Shown: piece after piece, positions 45,729 to 55,191 of the stretch | Position numbering within the stretch: position 1 is the first letter of the stretch | Layout of the letters: every line of letters begins with the position of its first letter | DNA from: an uncultured delta proteobacterium | GTDB lineage: Bacteria > Myxococcota_A > Polyangia > Polyangiales > Ga0077539 | Assembly: GCA_903845045.1 (NCBI GenBank) | Contig: CAIMWA010000277.1 | Span: forward strand, 1-57,936 | Direction: 5' to 3' | Length of the DNA: 57,936 bases | The notes under the pieces: model-generated | Database searches by the model: none | Told to the model about the DNA's origin: nothing | Seen by the model: the letters and a program-made list of their open reading frames with translations, nothing else | Program-made: the position numbers and the translations under genes

Positions 45729-47197
45729 CACGCCCTCCTCTGCAAGGCGTCGGTGAGATCGCACACAGGCTCAGGCGTCATCGGCTGAAGGGCGTCGTTG
45801 ATCCAAAAGTCGGCCCGCAACTTCTCCGCTTCACGCTGCGGCGAGAACTCATACTCCAACGCCCCTGCGATCTCGTTGACCACTGGGTCCCAGTCGCCGA
45901 CCTTCTCTTGCCTGAAGCTGTACACCGACGGATACCAGGGCGTCGGCGTGGCTGTGAGCGCCTCGCCCTGCCCCCACACCCAATACGCTCCGTGCGCTGG
46001 GAGCGCTACGAAAGTCGGAACGCCGACGCTGCCGGCGATATGCGCCACTGAGGTGCAGACGGTGACCACGGCGTCCATCTGCCGCAACAGGCGCCCGGTG
46101 TCAGAGATCGACCTGATCTCGCCTGAAAGGTCGGTGATCAGGTGCTTGATGGGCTCAAGCTCGTACGCCCGCTTGCCGACTTGAAAACTGAACAACTCGA
46201 TGCCGGGCACTGAGTATAGTCCAAGTAAAACGCGGGGGTCGGGCATTGACCGGTAGCGGTCGTTGTCTTGCTCGGGGCTGCCCGCCCACACGACGCCGAC
46301 TTTCTTGCGTCGGGTCTTAAAGTCGTGTCTAGGGCCTAGCCCTGCATCGCCATCGAGCGGCGGCACGTCGACGATCTCGGCGTCGCTCAGGCCCAGTGCC
46401 ACTGGCAGAGAGACCATAGGAATGAAAGCCTCGGCCTCGGGGATGGCGGCCGGCATCGGCAGATATCCGCCGCACGGCCCGAGCCCTCGCTCCATCCAAC
46501 TGATCAGTTCTTTCTGCGCGGCGATCACGACGTTGAGTCGGCCGACGCGCGCGAACGCCATTTTGATGAACCGCGCGAACATAACGGTGTCGCCCAGCCC
46601 TTGCTCGGCGACGATCAGCAATTTGCCGACAGCCTCACCGCGCCACATGGGCATCGGATAGTTGAGCATGTCAGGCATCTTGTAGGCAAACCTCGCCTCA
46701 GACTGCTTTAGCCCCTCGGCAAACTGCCCGTCGGCGAGGAGCGCAAAGGCGTAGGCCAGCCGCGCGTGGGCGTCTTCCGGGTCAATCTGAACAGCGGTTT
46801 TCCCAAAAACAGCCGCCTGCCGAGCCTCTCCGAGTTCAACCAACGTGCGCGACATATTGGCGTAGGCCAGCGGTTTGTCTGGCGCGGCCTCGATCGCCTT
46901 GAGCAGCGTCAAGTGGCTCTCGTGGTAGCGCCCCGCCTGAAACAACTGCCAGCCCAGGTTTGTGAGGGAGAAGGGTTCGCCCGGCATCAGTTCGAGCACA
47001 CGCCTGAAAGCCGCGATGGCCGCGACGCTGTCCTTGGCCTTGATAGCGTCGAGGCCGAGCCGATACCACGCGCCGGGCACGTCGCGGCTTACGCGCAGCG
47101 CGCCGTCGAGGTAGCGGCCCCCGAGGCCAGGGTTTCCCGCCTCGTAGGCGGCGTGAGCCTGGAGGAACAGACTCTGCCCGTGCTCGATGTCAGTCAT
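45728..47197 (-). CDS. TPR repeat + GT-B (GT9-like) glycosyltransferase
   Basis: N-terminal TPRs; WRGE, AEQGLGDTVMFARF, VGVVWAGSP, MDAVVTVCTSVAHIAGSVGVP. Confidence 0.85.
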   Translation of the reverse strand: MTDIEHGQSLFLQAHAAYEAGNPGLGGRYLDGALRVSRDVPGAWYRLGLDAIKAKDSVAAIAAFRRVLELMPGEPFSLTNLGWQLFQAGRYHESHLTLLKAIEAAPDKPLAYANMSRTLVELGEARQAAVFGKTAVQIDPEDAHARLAYAFALLADGQFAEGLKQSEARFAYKMPDMLNYPMPMWRGEAVGKLLIVAEQGLGDTVMFARFIKMAFARVGRLNVVIAAQKELISWMERGLGPCGGYLPMPAAIPEAEAFIPMVSLPVALGLSDAEIVDVPPLDGDAGLGPRHDFKTRRKKVGVVWAGSPEQDNDRYRSMPDPRVLLGLYSVPGIELFSFQVGKRAYELEPIKHLITDLSGEIRSISDTGRLLRQMDAVVTVCTSVAHIAGSVGVPTFVALPAHGAYWVWGQGEALTATPTPWYPSVYSFRQEKVGDWDPVVNEIAGALEYEFSPQREAEKLRADFWINDALQPMTPEPVCDLTDALQRRA

Positions 47198-47351
47198 TAC
47201 GCCGCCCCACCATGAACCACCAACCCAGGCCGACTAAGGTCCACCCGGTCAGCGTCAAGGCCAGGGCTTCGCGGTACTCTGCGGAAAAACTGGTGCAGCC
47301 AGTCGCAACCGGCGCCTTTTTGCGGAAATCATCGAGTTTCACGACAGCCAT
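47197..47351 (-). CDS. small C-terminal-TM peptide
   Basis: MAVVKLDDFRKK...LVGLGWWFMW; GGAG RBS; boundaries approximate. Confidence 0.45.
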
Positions 47352-47354
47352 GGT

Positions 47355-47522
47355 TCACTCCCAGAAAAGGCATCCGTCATCGTCAGCGTCGACGATCTCG
47401 GCGAAACGAGGCGACACCGATCGGGCGCAGGTCAAGATGCCGCGCAACTCCCACCGGCTGTGGTCGCACGTACCGCATTTACACTGAGCCTCACCCTCGT
47501 TTTCGTTTTCGTCTTCGTTCAT
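47355..47522 (-). CDS. small Cys-rich protein
   Basis: MNEDENENEG..CKCGTC...C...GCLFWE, ATGA overlap. Confidence 0.5.
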   Translation of the reverse strand: MNEDENENEGEAQCKCGTCDHSRWELRGILTCARSVSPRFAEIVDADDDGCLFWE

Positions 47523-48154
47523 CGTTTCCTCCACACCCCGTAGAAAGACGCGCCCGCGACGGCGTCGCCGACGGCGGCCGGGTCGAGCAGGCGTTGGACG
47601 ACGGGCTCGAACCGCGCGTCGAGTTCAGCCTCGACATTGATCCCGTCGTCCAGCCAGCCCTGATCGGTCGGAACGCAGCGTCGTCGGCTGTTGACGACTA
47701 CGAGCCGCGCCCCGGGCTTCAGCGCGCCGGACAACTGCTCGACCGCCTCTTTGAAGTTCAGCGCATGCTGGAGCGCCCAAACGGCGATCGCACCGTCGGC
47801 GAACTCCCTGGTCGCCAGAAGAGCAAAAGCGTGCGGGGTAGCCACTGTTAAGCCGGGCACCGCCACCCGCGCCATCTCTCGCGTCGAAAGACTGGTGTCG
47901 ACGCCGAGCACTTTGCACCCCGCGGCGGCCAAGGGGTCGGCCAGCCGGCCGACCCCGCATCCGAAGTCAATGACGTGGGGCCGGTGGGCGCCCTGAAGTT
48001 TGAGGTCTTCGAGAATCAGCGCCGCGAGATACGGCGTCTCCAGCAGCCAGCGCTCTGCCGACGAGCGATCGCCCTCTGCCGTGAGAATGATCTCGCGGGC
48101 GCTCGCTTCGTCGGCGCGCTCAAACACTCTCGGTTCGTGGCGGAACTCAGTCAT
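47519..48154 (-). CDS. Class I SAM-dependent methyltransferase
   Basis: VIDFGCGVGR, LGVD, WALQH, LKPGA; GGGAG before MTEFRH. Confidence 0.88.
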   Translation of the reverse strand: MTEFRHEPRVFERADEASAREIILTAEGDRSSAERWLLETPYLAALILEDLKLQGAHRPHVIDFGCGVGRLADPLAAAGCKVLGVDTSLSTREMARVAVPGLTVATPHAFALLATREFADGAIAVWALQHALNFKEAVEQLSGALKPGARLVVVNSRRRCVPTDQGWLDDGINVEAELDARFEPVVQRLLDPAAVGDAVAGASFYGVWRKR

Positions 48155-48200
48155 CGCAGCGCTCCCTCGCGTTTGCGCGTGTTTGCGCGCTCTAGGACGC

Positions 48201-48229
48201 TTATTACCGTCATAGCCCGCCTCTGTCAA
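48201..48229 (-). promoter_or_regulatory. Putative sigma70-type promoter for the leftward operon
   Basis: TTGACA-17 nt-TAATAA on - strand, about 45 nt upstream of the methyltransferase start. Confidence 0.45.
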
Positions 48230-48395
48230 CTATGGACAATGCCGGCCTCTTGATAGATGGTTGGTTCTGCCGCCGGGGCCGCCTGCGCTTGTCACGCCCG
48301 GGAGGCACGGCGCGTCGAGGCTTCTCCGGCGGCAGCCCCTCGACGTACGTGAATGCAATTGTGAAATTTTGCACACGTTTCGTTAGGATCAGGAA

Positions 48396-48615
48396 CTTTA
48401 CGGGCGTTCAGTCTCTTTACGGGCGTTCAGTCTCTTTACGTTACGTCGTGGGCTAGACGGACGTTCAGGTTTACAAGCGGAATGTAGGTTTGTTCAGGAG
48501 GGTAAAATGGAAAATTTTCTGGGGGCTCTGCGCGTTCAGTGCACAGCGGACGTTCAGCCCGCTCAGGCAAGTTTACGGGGGTTAAGGACTGTGAAAATGG
48601 AAAATTTTCTGGGGG
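48396..48615. repeat. Direct-repeat cluster in divergent non-coding region
   Basis: CTTTACGGGCGTTCAGTCT x2 tandem; six GTTCAG; AAAATGGAAAATTTTCTGGGGG at 48504 and 48594. Confidence 0.9.
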
Positions 48616-49123
48616 GCGATGGCGTGGACGTACTCGAAATGCGCAGCGCCGCGTCCCGGTGCCCGCCGCGCCGGAGCACGTACCGGAACGCGAAACAGGT
48701 TTCGCTTTTTGCGCGCGCGGCACCGGCCGCGCCATCGCTCCTGGGCGCCCCCTCCCGTGGTCCCTCAATCAAAAGACCCCGTCACGAGCGAGAAAGCCCT
48801 ACCCTCCCGCTCGGGTTTAGGCACAAAGCCGGTCAAGCCCTTGAAAGTAAAGGGATGACCGTTTTCCATAATATACCTTATAATACGACGGAAACGATAG
48901 TGGGTTTACAACCCGCCGGGATTATGGAAAACGAGGGTGCGACAGTGCGGTGCGACAAGCCATTGAAAACGCTGGATTGTGGTTCGTGGTTCCGCCGACA
49001 AAAAGCCGGAAAAGACAGGAGCCGCAACGTCTTTCGCGTATTTAACACCCCTCTCGCCTGACTGTGTTCTGCTGTGTAATGTTATAACGTAACGTTTTCC
49101 TGTCCCGCCGAGTCCGTCTAGCC

Positions 49124-49492
49124 ATGTCCCGCTCCCGTAAACCGCCAGCCCGCGACACCACACCTGCCTTCGAACGAACGTGCCGCCTAATGTGGGGGCG
49201 AGACGCTACCACCGAACTCGTGGCCTTGCTTGGCGGCATAGCCATGCCAAGCACGTGCCGCGCCTGGATACGAGGCTTTCAGCCTCCGCCCCCCTATGCC
49301 TTGGAAGCTGTCGCGGATCATGCTCGCCAACGCGCATCCGCCTTGCTGGCGATAGCTCCATCCGTTGACATCGAGGCTGTCGCACGGCATCGCACCTACA
49401 TGCCGCCACCAACAAAAGGGTGTAAGCGCGTCATGGAACGTGACGGCCCGGGCTCGATCCCTCGCGATGCTAGGCGCCGCAAGGCGACATAA
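49124..49492 (+). CDS. hypothetical protein, possible HTH
   Basis: ORF track; STCRAWIRG...PP. Confidence 0.45.
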   Translation: MSRSRKPPARDTTPAFERTCRLMWGRDATTELVALLGGIAMPSTCRAWIRGFQPPPPYALEAVADHARQRASALLAIAPSVDIEAVARHRTYMPPPTKGCKRVMERDGPGSIPRDARRRKAT

Positions 49493-49725
49493 GCTAGGGT
49501 ATGATCATACCGCGACACGGTGCACCTGAAACACCGTGACAATCTAAGAAAAGAATAATCGCAAAAACTATGCCAACCGTACGCGAAAACGTGCGGCGTT
49601 TTTGCGCGTCTGAACTAACGTAAACGCATAGCGATTTACCGAGACAGTGCCCGGAAAAGCGATCATAAAAGAACCACGAAACAAGCGCGGCGGATTACGC
49701 GCCGCAAACACGAGGAAACGGGACC

Positions 49726-50301
49726 ATGGCAACCACCTACACCGTAATCCGCGCGCACCACAGCGGATACCACGGCGCCGCTCAATATGACGTGAAAACG
49801 AGCGACAATCGCTTTTATGTCGTCACCGTCTATGATGGATTGCGCGGCCGCGTTATCCACAGCGACTACCATGTAGCGCGTGACACTGGAGACACCACGT
49901 TTGAAGGCACGCCTCGTCTCGCGTCTTTTCGCTTTCTCAATCGCGAGGGCGCGACAGCCCGAAAACTCGACGCGGCCATTGAAGCGCATAACTCGGCGCC
50001 GGCCGCACCGCATGAGGCGCCGACGCTATCCGACGCAGAAACGGAACTAGCGGCCGATATCGCGGTTATCGCCGCAAATTTCGAGACGACTCCGATCGCC
50101 GAAATGGAGTCTGCCATGAAAACCTACACCATCGCGAACCGGGTCAGCGGCTTTGAAATCGGCGAGTACCAGGGCTCCACCAAAGCCGAAGCCCTTGACG
50201 TCATGGCACGTGACGCCGGGTATCGCGACTTTTCCCAAGCTTGCGACGTGACTGGAAATGATGGAGACGATTTGATCGTCACTGAGGTGGTCGGTGACTA
50301 G
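49726..50301 (+). CDS. hypothetical early protein
   Basis: GAGGA RBS; possible internal start MKTYTI after GGAG. Confidence 0.7.
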   Translation: MATTYTVIRAHHSGYHGAAQYDVKTSDNRFYVVTVYDGLRGRVIHSDYHVARDTGDTTFEGTPRLASFRFLNREGATARKLDAAIEAHNSAPAAPHEAPTLSDAETELAADIAVIAANFETTPIAEMESAMKTYTIANRVSGFEIGEYQGSTKAEALDVMARDAGYRDFSQACDVTGNDGDDLIVTEVVGD

Positions 50302-50602
50302 GTATCGGCAAAGGAAGGTCAGACGACGCGAGAAAATGCGCACCGCATCTATCATCCTTAGTAAACCAGGGCATGGAGGTGTTCGGCCCCACAAAAAGAA
50401 AGGGGGTAGAACAGGTAATCAAAAGCCCAAGCACAGCCAAAGCCCTTGATGCCGAATGAGGTGTCGCGTCATGAAAGGGAGCCGGACTTTGGACGAAAAA
50501 GCCGTGCGTATCCTTGATCGATTGCCAGCCAAAACGCCAGACGGCGTGCCGTACACTTTCGCCAGCGTTCGCGCGGCAATCGCTAATTGGGAGGGTTGAG
50601 CT

Positions 50603-50932
50603 ATGTCAGACTTCATGCAACATGAAATCACGCGCAAACAAGATTGGTGGCAAGGCGAAAGCCAACACGGTGGTGCGGTGTGGGTGCCGCGCTATAACTT
50701 CACGGCAAAGCAATTTGCGGAGGGTTGCTTAGGTTATGACGCGGAAGAACTCGAAGGGTATAGCGACGCTGAATTGGCCGCTACAGGCATCATGACCACG
50801 GTTGAAGGTTATGGTGCACGGCTCTCGGCACCGGGATACATGGATTGTACGGAATGGTGCGTTTTCGCCACAGAGAAAGAAGCGCGCGAGTATCTGGCGG
50901 AAATGTATGACGACGATTGCGACACGGAGTGA
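50603..50932 (+). CDS. hypothetical phage protein
   Basis: GGAGG RBS; GYGARLSAPGYMDCTEW. Confidence 0.75.
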   Translation: MSDFMQHEITRKQDWWQGESQHGGAVWVPRYNFTAKQFAEGCLGYDAEELEGYSDAELAATGIMTTVEGYGARLSAPGYMDCTEWCVFATEKEAREYLAEMYDDDCDTE

Positions 50933-50995
50933 CTTTCAGTGGGCACACACCGCGCGGTGTGTGCCAGCATGAAGGCCAACCGAAAGGGTAAAGCT

Positions 50996-51343
50996 ATGTC
51001 GCACCATCATGAAGTCGTTTGGACGTTTAAGACGCGAAATTTCCATCTTGAACTCCAAATCAGTGAGTGCCTGGAAAGTCCGCGCGGCCAATTCGACGAC
51101 GAAGACGACGTTGCGGCGATCGAAAGCGGCGATATCTTGTGGTTTGACGCCGCAATGATCGTGTATGGGCCTTGCGGCATGAAAGTCGGTTCCGATTACC
51201 TCGGTTGCTGCGCATACGAGAAAATCAGCGACTTCATTGCGCATGGAGAGAAGGGGTATTTCGGCGATATGGTCCGCAACGCTGTTGCGCACGCAAGGGA
51301 AAATCTGGCGGAAATACCGAAGCTTAGAGTGAAAGGGGAATGA
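50996..51343 (+). CDS. hypothetical phage protein
   Basis: MSHHHE start; GSDYLGCC...YFGDMV. Confidence 0.7.
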   Translation: MSHHHEVVWTFKTRNFHLELQISECLESPRGQFDDEDDVAAIESGDILWFDAAMIVYGPCGMKVGSDYLGCCAYEKISDFIAHGEKGYFGDMVRNAVAHARENLAEIPKLRVKGE

Positions 51344-51546
51344 CCATGGCACGCTACCACGACAACATCGAGCCTAGCATATTCCGCGACGGGCAGTATG
51401 TCGGCTATGGATCGGGTCTCGTTTGGCGTATTCGTCGCAATGGGTCGCATGGGTGGAATGCAACAGCGACCACGTTACCGGCGAAGTGTGTCTCGGCGCG
51501 TACGCTGCGCGAAATTGCCGATAAAATCCGAACCGTAGGGGAATGA
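51340..51546 (+). CDS. hypothetical protein
   Basis: ATGA coupling. Confidence 0.65.
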   Translation: MTMARYHDNIEPSIFRDGQYVGYGSGLVWRIRRNGSHGWNATATTLPAKCVSARTLREIADKIRTVGE

Positions 51547-51860
51547 TCATGGCCTTAGAATACACGATCACCACAGATCACAAGTGGAAGCCGTTCAAAG
51601 GTGATCACGAAGTCTCGAAAAGCGTTTTAGCTTCGGATTTCGATTACCAAGACCGCGACGAAGTGCGCGACGGCTTTTTTCGATATCGAAAGTGTTGGTA
51701 TCACCTAGACCAGTTTATGCGCTTGTCGCATAACCACGCTAACGGCAAAAACCCGTTCGCGGGTTGGCATGGATACTACGGCGATAGTTATTCCTCGGGT
51801 GTACTGATCAAACTGTCAAACGACGGCGAGAGCTATCAGGTTGCCACCTATTGCTGTTAA
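51543..51860 (+). CDS. hypothetical phage protein
   Basis: ATGA coupling; FFRYRK.WYHL..FMR, GWHGY..DSY.SGVLI. Confidence 0.75.
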   Translation: MIMALEYTITTDHKWKPFKGDHEVSKSVLASDFDYQDRDEVRDGFFRYRKCWYHLDQFMRLSHNHANGKNPFAGWHGYYGDSYSSGVLIKLSNDGESYQVATYCC

Positions 51861-51875
51861 TCGGAGGGTAAAACC

Positions 51876-52187
51876 ATGGAAAACATACACGGAACCATGA
51901 AAATTTACAGCGAAACCGATTGCCGTGGTCGCGGTGGGGATTTGCTATCCGTGGCACATTTCGGTTGCGACATTGAATTATTCCTTGACGCTATCGCGGC
52001 CCAAATGATGCTGCACCGCGACGTTTGGGTTGACTTAAATAATGGGCAATACCTTTCGTTCGCGTTCGTGCGAGCGTTCGCGGTATCCCCTATGCAATGG
52101 CGAAACGAGGCTATGACTTCGATTGCGCGCAAATATCCGATCGCCGAACCTGTCGAATACAAGCGTTACAGTCGCACCGGACGTTAG
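51876..52187 (+). CDS. hypothetical protein
   Basis: GGAGG RBS. Confidence 0.65.
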   Translation: MENIHGTMKIYSETDCRGRGGDLLSVAHFGCDIELFLDAIAAQMMLHRDVWVDLNNGQYLSFAFVRAFAVSPMQWRNEAMTSIARKYPIAEPVEYKRYSRTGR

Positions 52188-52257
52188 TGTGCTGTTAAAA
52201 CCAGCGCAACCATTGCGCTGGTTTTTGCGGACACACTAACGGAGGAAAACACAATGA
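52184..52257 (+). repeat. Intergenic hairpin + RBS cassette, copy 1
   Basis: TTAGTGTG..AAAACCAGCGCAA-cca-TTGCGCTGGTTTT..CACACTAACGGAGGAAAACACAATG. Confidence 0.9.
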
Positions 52258-52436
52258 CAAAAGCGAAAGGCATCCGCCTTGTGGAAAAGAATAACCACAA
52301 CGCTGTTCATGCCTTGTTTGACAACATGGAAAGGGCAAAACTACACTTGCGCGAAGTTATCCCCACGTATGTCGCACGAGGGTTTTTCACGGATAAAACA
52401 CTGACCGTTGACAGCTTCGAGATATTGGAGGATTGA
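52254..52436 (+). CDS. hypothetical protein
   Basis: GGAGG RBS. Confidence 0.7.
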   Translation: MTKAKGIRLVEKNNHNAVHALFDNMERAKLHLREVIPTYVARGFFTDKTLTVDSFEILED

Positions 52437-52690
52437 CCATGCATGACGATTACGCATACTTTCGTGTCCTTGTCGCGCAACGCCAAATCTTGCGCGAGCA
52501 AGCTTTCGCCTTGCAAGAAAAGCTAAACACTATCACCAATTCAACCGATCGCAACGGGGTTGAATTTAACGCAACGTGGGATGCGTGGGGCGATGCTTGC
52601 GACGCCATCGCGCGTAAAAACGACGCGATTGACGCGGAATACAAAGCCGCGACAAAAATCCAATGCCATCGGGCAGGCATTGCCGCTTAG
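52433..52690 (+). CDS. hypothetical protein
   Basis: GGAGG RBS, coupled. Confidence 0.65.
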   Translation: MTMHDDYAYFRVLVAQRQILREQAFALQEKLNTITNSTDRNGVEFNATWDAWGDACDAIARKNDAIDAEYKAATKIQCHRAGIAA

Positions 52691-52760
52691 CGTACTGTTA
52701 AAACCAGCGCAATCGTTGCGCTGGTTTTTGCGAGCACACTAACGGAGGAAAACACAATGA
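52687..52760 (+). repeat. Intergenic hairpin + RBS cassette, copy 2
   Basis: Near-identical to 52184-52257. Confidence 0.9.
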
Positions 52761-53023
52761 ACACATATGTTATAGACGGGTTTATCCGGACCAAAACTCT
52801 AGGCCCGGAAGATAAAACCCTTCGCTACCATGGTGTAGCCTATGAAACGCGAGGAACACTAATCCGCGCTTATGAACTAAGCGATGGTTCGTTCATTGTC
52901 GCGAAAAACGGAAAGCAATTGGATGCTTTCCCGTCGCACACCAAGCAAGGCCGCGCCATCAAACAGCTTTGGGCGGAAAAATACGGCACTGAGTCTCTAT
53001 CGTACCAATACCACATGAATTGA
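52757..53023 (+). CDS. hypothetical protein
   Basis: GGAGG RBS. Confidence 0.7.
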   Translation: MNTYVIDGFIRTKTLGPEDKTLRYHGVAYETRGTLIRAYELSDGSFIVAKNGKQLDAFPSHTKQGRAIKQLWAEKYGTESLSYQYHMN

Positions 53024-53037
53024 AAGGTGTACCTGTC

Positions 53038-53319
53038 ATGACGACGATTTACGCTGAGGGCTTGCAATTAGTACAGCATCTAAAGGCGCCACACTCGCCG
53101 AACGGTAATCCGCAAAGGCTTTACCTCGTGACAACTTTCGCCGAACGTGTATACAACGGTATGCGCCGCGACACTGTGACAATGGCTTATAACGAGGGTT
53201 TTTCAGGTGACCAAGCCATACCACCGATACCACCCGGAGGTATGAGGCGAGAGCTACCAAGCTGCAACATCACGCGCAGTGAGTATCACAGGCTCTTGAA
53301 ACAATACCCTCCGGCATGA
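53038..53319 (+). CDS. hypothetical protein
   Basis: AAGG upstream; NGNPQRLY. Confidence 0.65.
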   Translation: MTTIYAEGLQLVQHLKAPHSPNGNPQRLYLVTTFAERVYNGMRRDTVTMAYNEGFSGDQAIPPIPPGGMRRELPSCNITRSEYHRLLKQYPPA

Positions 53320-53357
53320 CATAAAAGCCCATACCGCTATCCAATCGTCCGGGAATG

Positions 53358-53398
53358 GAAACCCCGCTGCCTACCAAGGCAGCGGGGTTTCTCTTTTT
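53358..53398 (+). terminator. Intrinsic terminator ending the small-gene cluster
   Basis: 15-bp stem GAAACCCCGCTGCCT/AGGCAGCGGGGTTTC followed by TCTTTTT. Confidence 0.85.
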
Positions 53399-53468
53399 GG
53401 GCGCTGGGCAGGCTCGGGCGCTGGGCGCTGGGCAGGCTCGGGCGCTGGGCAGGCTCGGCGGCTGGGCG
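53399..53468. repeat. GC-rich short tandem repeat
   Basis: GGGCGCTGGGCAGGCTC x3 with extra GGGCGCT units. Confidence 0.9.
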
Positions 53469-53627
53469 CCCAGGAGCCCCCGAACGCCTTTTTCGCGGTT
53501 TTTCCAAAACCGTTTGGCTTCCCCGCGCGGCGGCCTGAAATATCCTCCCTTGCGATTTTCCGAAATCAAAAACTGGTTTCCAAAAGTCGAAATCCAAACC
53601 TATTCTCGGCCCCAGCCGCCAGGGGGC

Positions 53628-55025
53628 CTATTTTCCGCTGCGTTTTTTCCAGTACGGGTTCCACTTTTTCTTTTTTACCTCCCCTTTGTCTTCAGGCACA
53701 ATATCCGCGGGCGACCAAGCGGCTTCATCCGCAGGGACGACCTTCCCCGCCTTCCTAAACTTTCGTTCAGGATTAGCCTCCTGCCATTTAGCGAGCCCAA
53801 CCTCTGCGTCTTCACGAGTCCTGTAGCTGCCGACGTGGACGCGCTCGCCCTGCGCCTGCACCTTGACCACGTAACGGGCCAGTGTGCGATCCCAATAGAT
53901 ATTCCGCGGCAAGTCTCTCTCCCGCAGACACAAGTCTCCGTTGGCCCCTTCGATCCGAGCCGCGCGGGCTTTAGCGCGCGCCAAGGCCAGTTCTTCGGCG
54001 GCGTAAACCGGATTAACGTGGAAAAGCGTCTCAAACAACTCCCCGCTAATAACGCCAAGCCCCTTGTATTTATGCTCGTCGAACCTATGCACGCCGTCTT
54101 TCATGTTTGTCTTCGCCGGCCACTTCCGCTCGACCAAATCCCGCAAAATCCGATCGTGATGGGCTTGCGCCTCTTCCCGTGTGTCGTAAGTCTTGAGATA
54201 GCGCTTGGCCTCGTCCCATAGGATCGTCGCCCGGAACCGGCCGTCGGCCATCTTCGACACCCCTGTTTGCCGGGCGACCAGTGTTTCAATCATTTTAGCG
54301 CCGATGCTATCCGGGTCGCGCCCCTCGACCAGCGCTCGGATCGTCTCCCGCGCCTCCATCTCCGTGGCGCAACCTTCTGTCCGCACAGGCACGCCGTTCC
54401 TGATCCTGTAGCCCCGCCACAGCCGGTCAGCGCCTCGCACCACCCCGTCCTTCCCTGGTGTGCTGGCGGGCCAGTTGTCGAACTCAAGGATCGCATCCAC
54501 CTCGTCGCACGCCGCTTGCGCCTCCTCCTGCGTCGGGTAGGCGCCAAGCAGGCGCGCCTTGTGGTTCCACCACGTCCACGCCGCCCAATCGTCCCCGTCC
54601 TCCTGGACCCTGTAGAACGCGCGTGGGGGCTCCCGTTTCTTCCACGGGGTCTCGGGGGCGGCCCCACCCTCAGAACGCACAGGCGGGGCGTTTCCGTCGC
54701 TTGGCGGCACGTCCCCCGCAACAGGGGCCGGTAGCGCTTTCGCCTTCACGTAGCCTCGGTCGTCCAGGTGCTCGTCGCCCTCTGGTGAAGCGGCCGAAAA
54801 CCGAACGATCGCATCTCGCCCCTTGGCGACCGCCCACCGCCCAGCGTCCCACCGCTTCACCAACCATTCTGGAGCCGTCGCGTGGGTCACAAACCGGCAC
54901 TGCGGCTGGGGGCCGCCGGGCGCTGAGATCGTCGCCGCGTCGTGAACGCCGTCGCCGTATTCGTCCTCGAACCATTCGAACTCCCCGCCGTACGGCCAGA
55001 ACGGGTTGTTGTCTCTGTGGACCAT
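53628..55025 (-). CDS. Protein with multiple AP2-like DNA-binding domains
   Basis: Repeats such as LLGAYPTQEEA, GVSK...FRATI...YLKTYDTREEA, NIYWD...YVVKV...HVGSYRTREDA; GAGGA RBS. Confidence 0.7.
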   Translation of the reverse strand: MVHRDNNPFWPYGGEFEWFEDEYGDGVHDAATISAPGGPQPQCRFVTHATAPEWLVKRWDAGRWAVAKGRDAIVRFSAASPEGDEHLDDRGYVKAKALPAPVAGDVPPSDGNAPPVRSEGGAAPETPWKKREPPRAFYRVQEDGDDWAAWTWWNHKARLLGAYPTQEEAQAACDEVDAILEFDNWPASTPGKDGVVRGADRLWRGYRIRNGVPVRTEGCATEMEARETIRALVEGRDPDSIGAKMIETLVARQTGVSKMADGRFRATILWDEAKRYLKTYDTREEAQAHHDRILRDLVERKWPAKTNMKDGVHRFDEHKYKGLGVISGELFETLFHVNPVYAAEELALARAKARAARIEGANGDLCLRERDLPRNIYWDRTLARYVVKVQAQGERVHVGSYRTREDAEVGLAKWQEANPERKFRKAGKVVPADEAAWSPADIVPEDKGEVKKKKWNPYWKKRSGK

Positions 55026-55140
55026 GTTTCATTCCTCGCCGGGTTTTGTGTTTTTCTTTTTACTCGCCGCAGGCGCCGCGCGCAAGCGCCACCGCTGAAA
55101 GCGATCATATTTATATCAGCGGGGGCAGCGGTAGCGACCG

Positions 55141-55191
55141 CCCCCTCTGATATACTATATTATAGCTAGGCTATGATAGTATATCAAGGGG
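55141..55191. promoter_or_regulatory. AT-rich imperfect palindrome
   Basis: CCCC..TGATATACTAT..ATAGC tag GCTAT..ATAGTATATCA..GGGG. Confidence 0.55.

Noticed and set aside
48232-49061. ORFs predicted in the repeat-rich region
   Set aside because: No RBS or motif support; they translate the repeats.
52184-52760. Hairpin repeats as integron attC sites or a CRISPR array
   Set aside because: GTT/AAC ends are in the opposite order to attC, no integron integrase is present, there are only two copies, and whole genes lie between them.
55141-55191. Protelomerase (hairpin telomere) target
   Set aside because: Palindrome is imperfect and no protelomerase gene was recognised.
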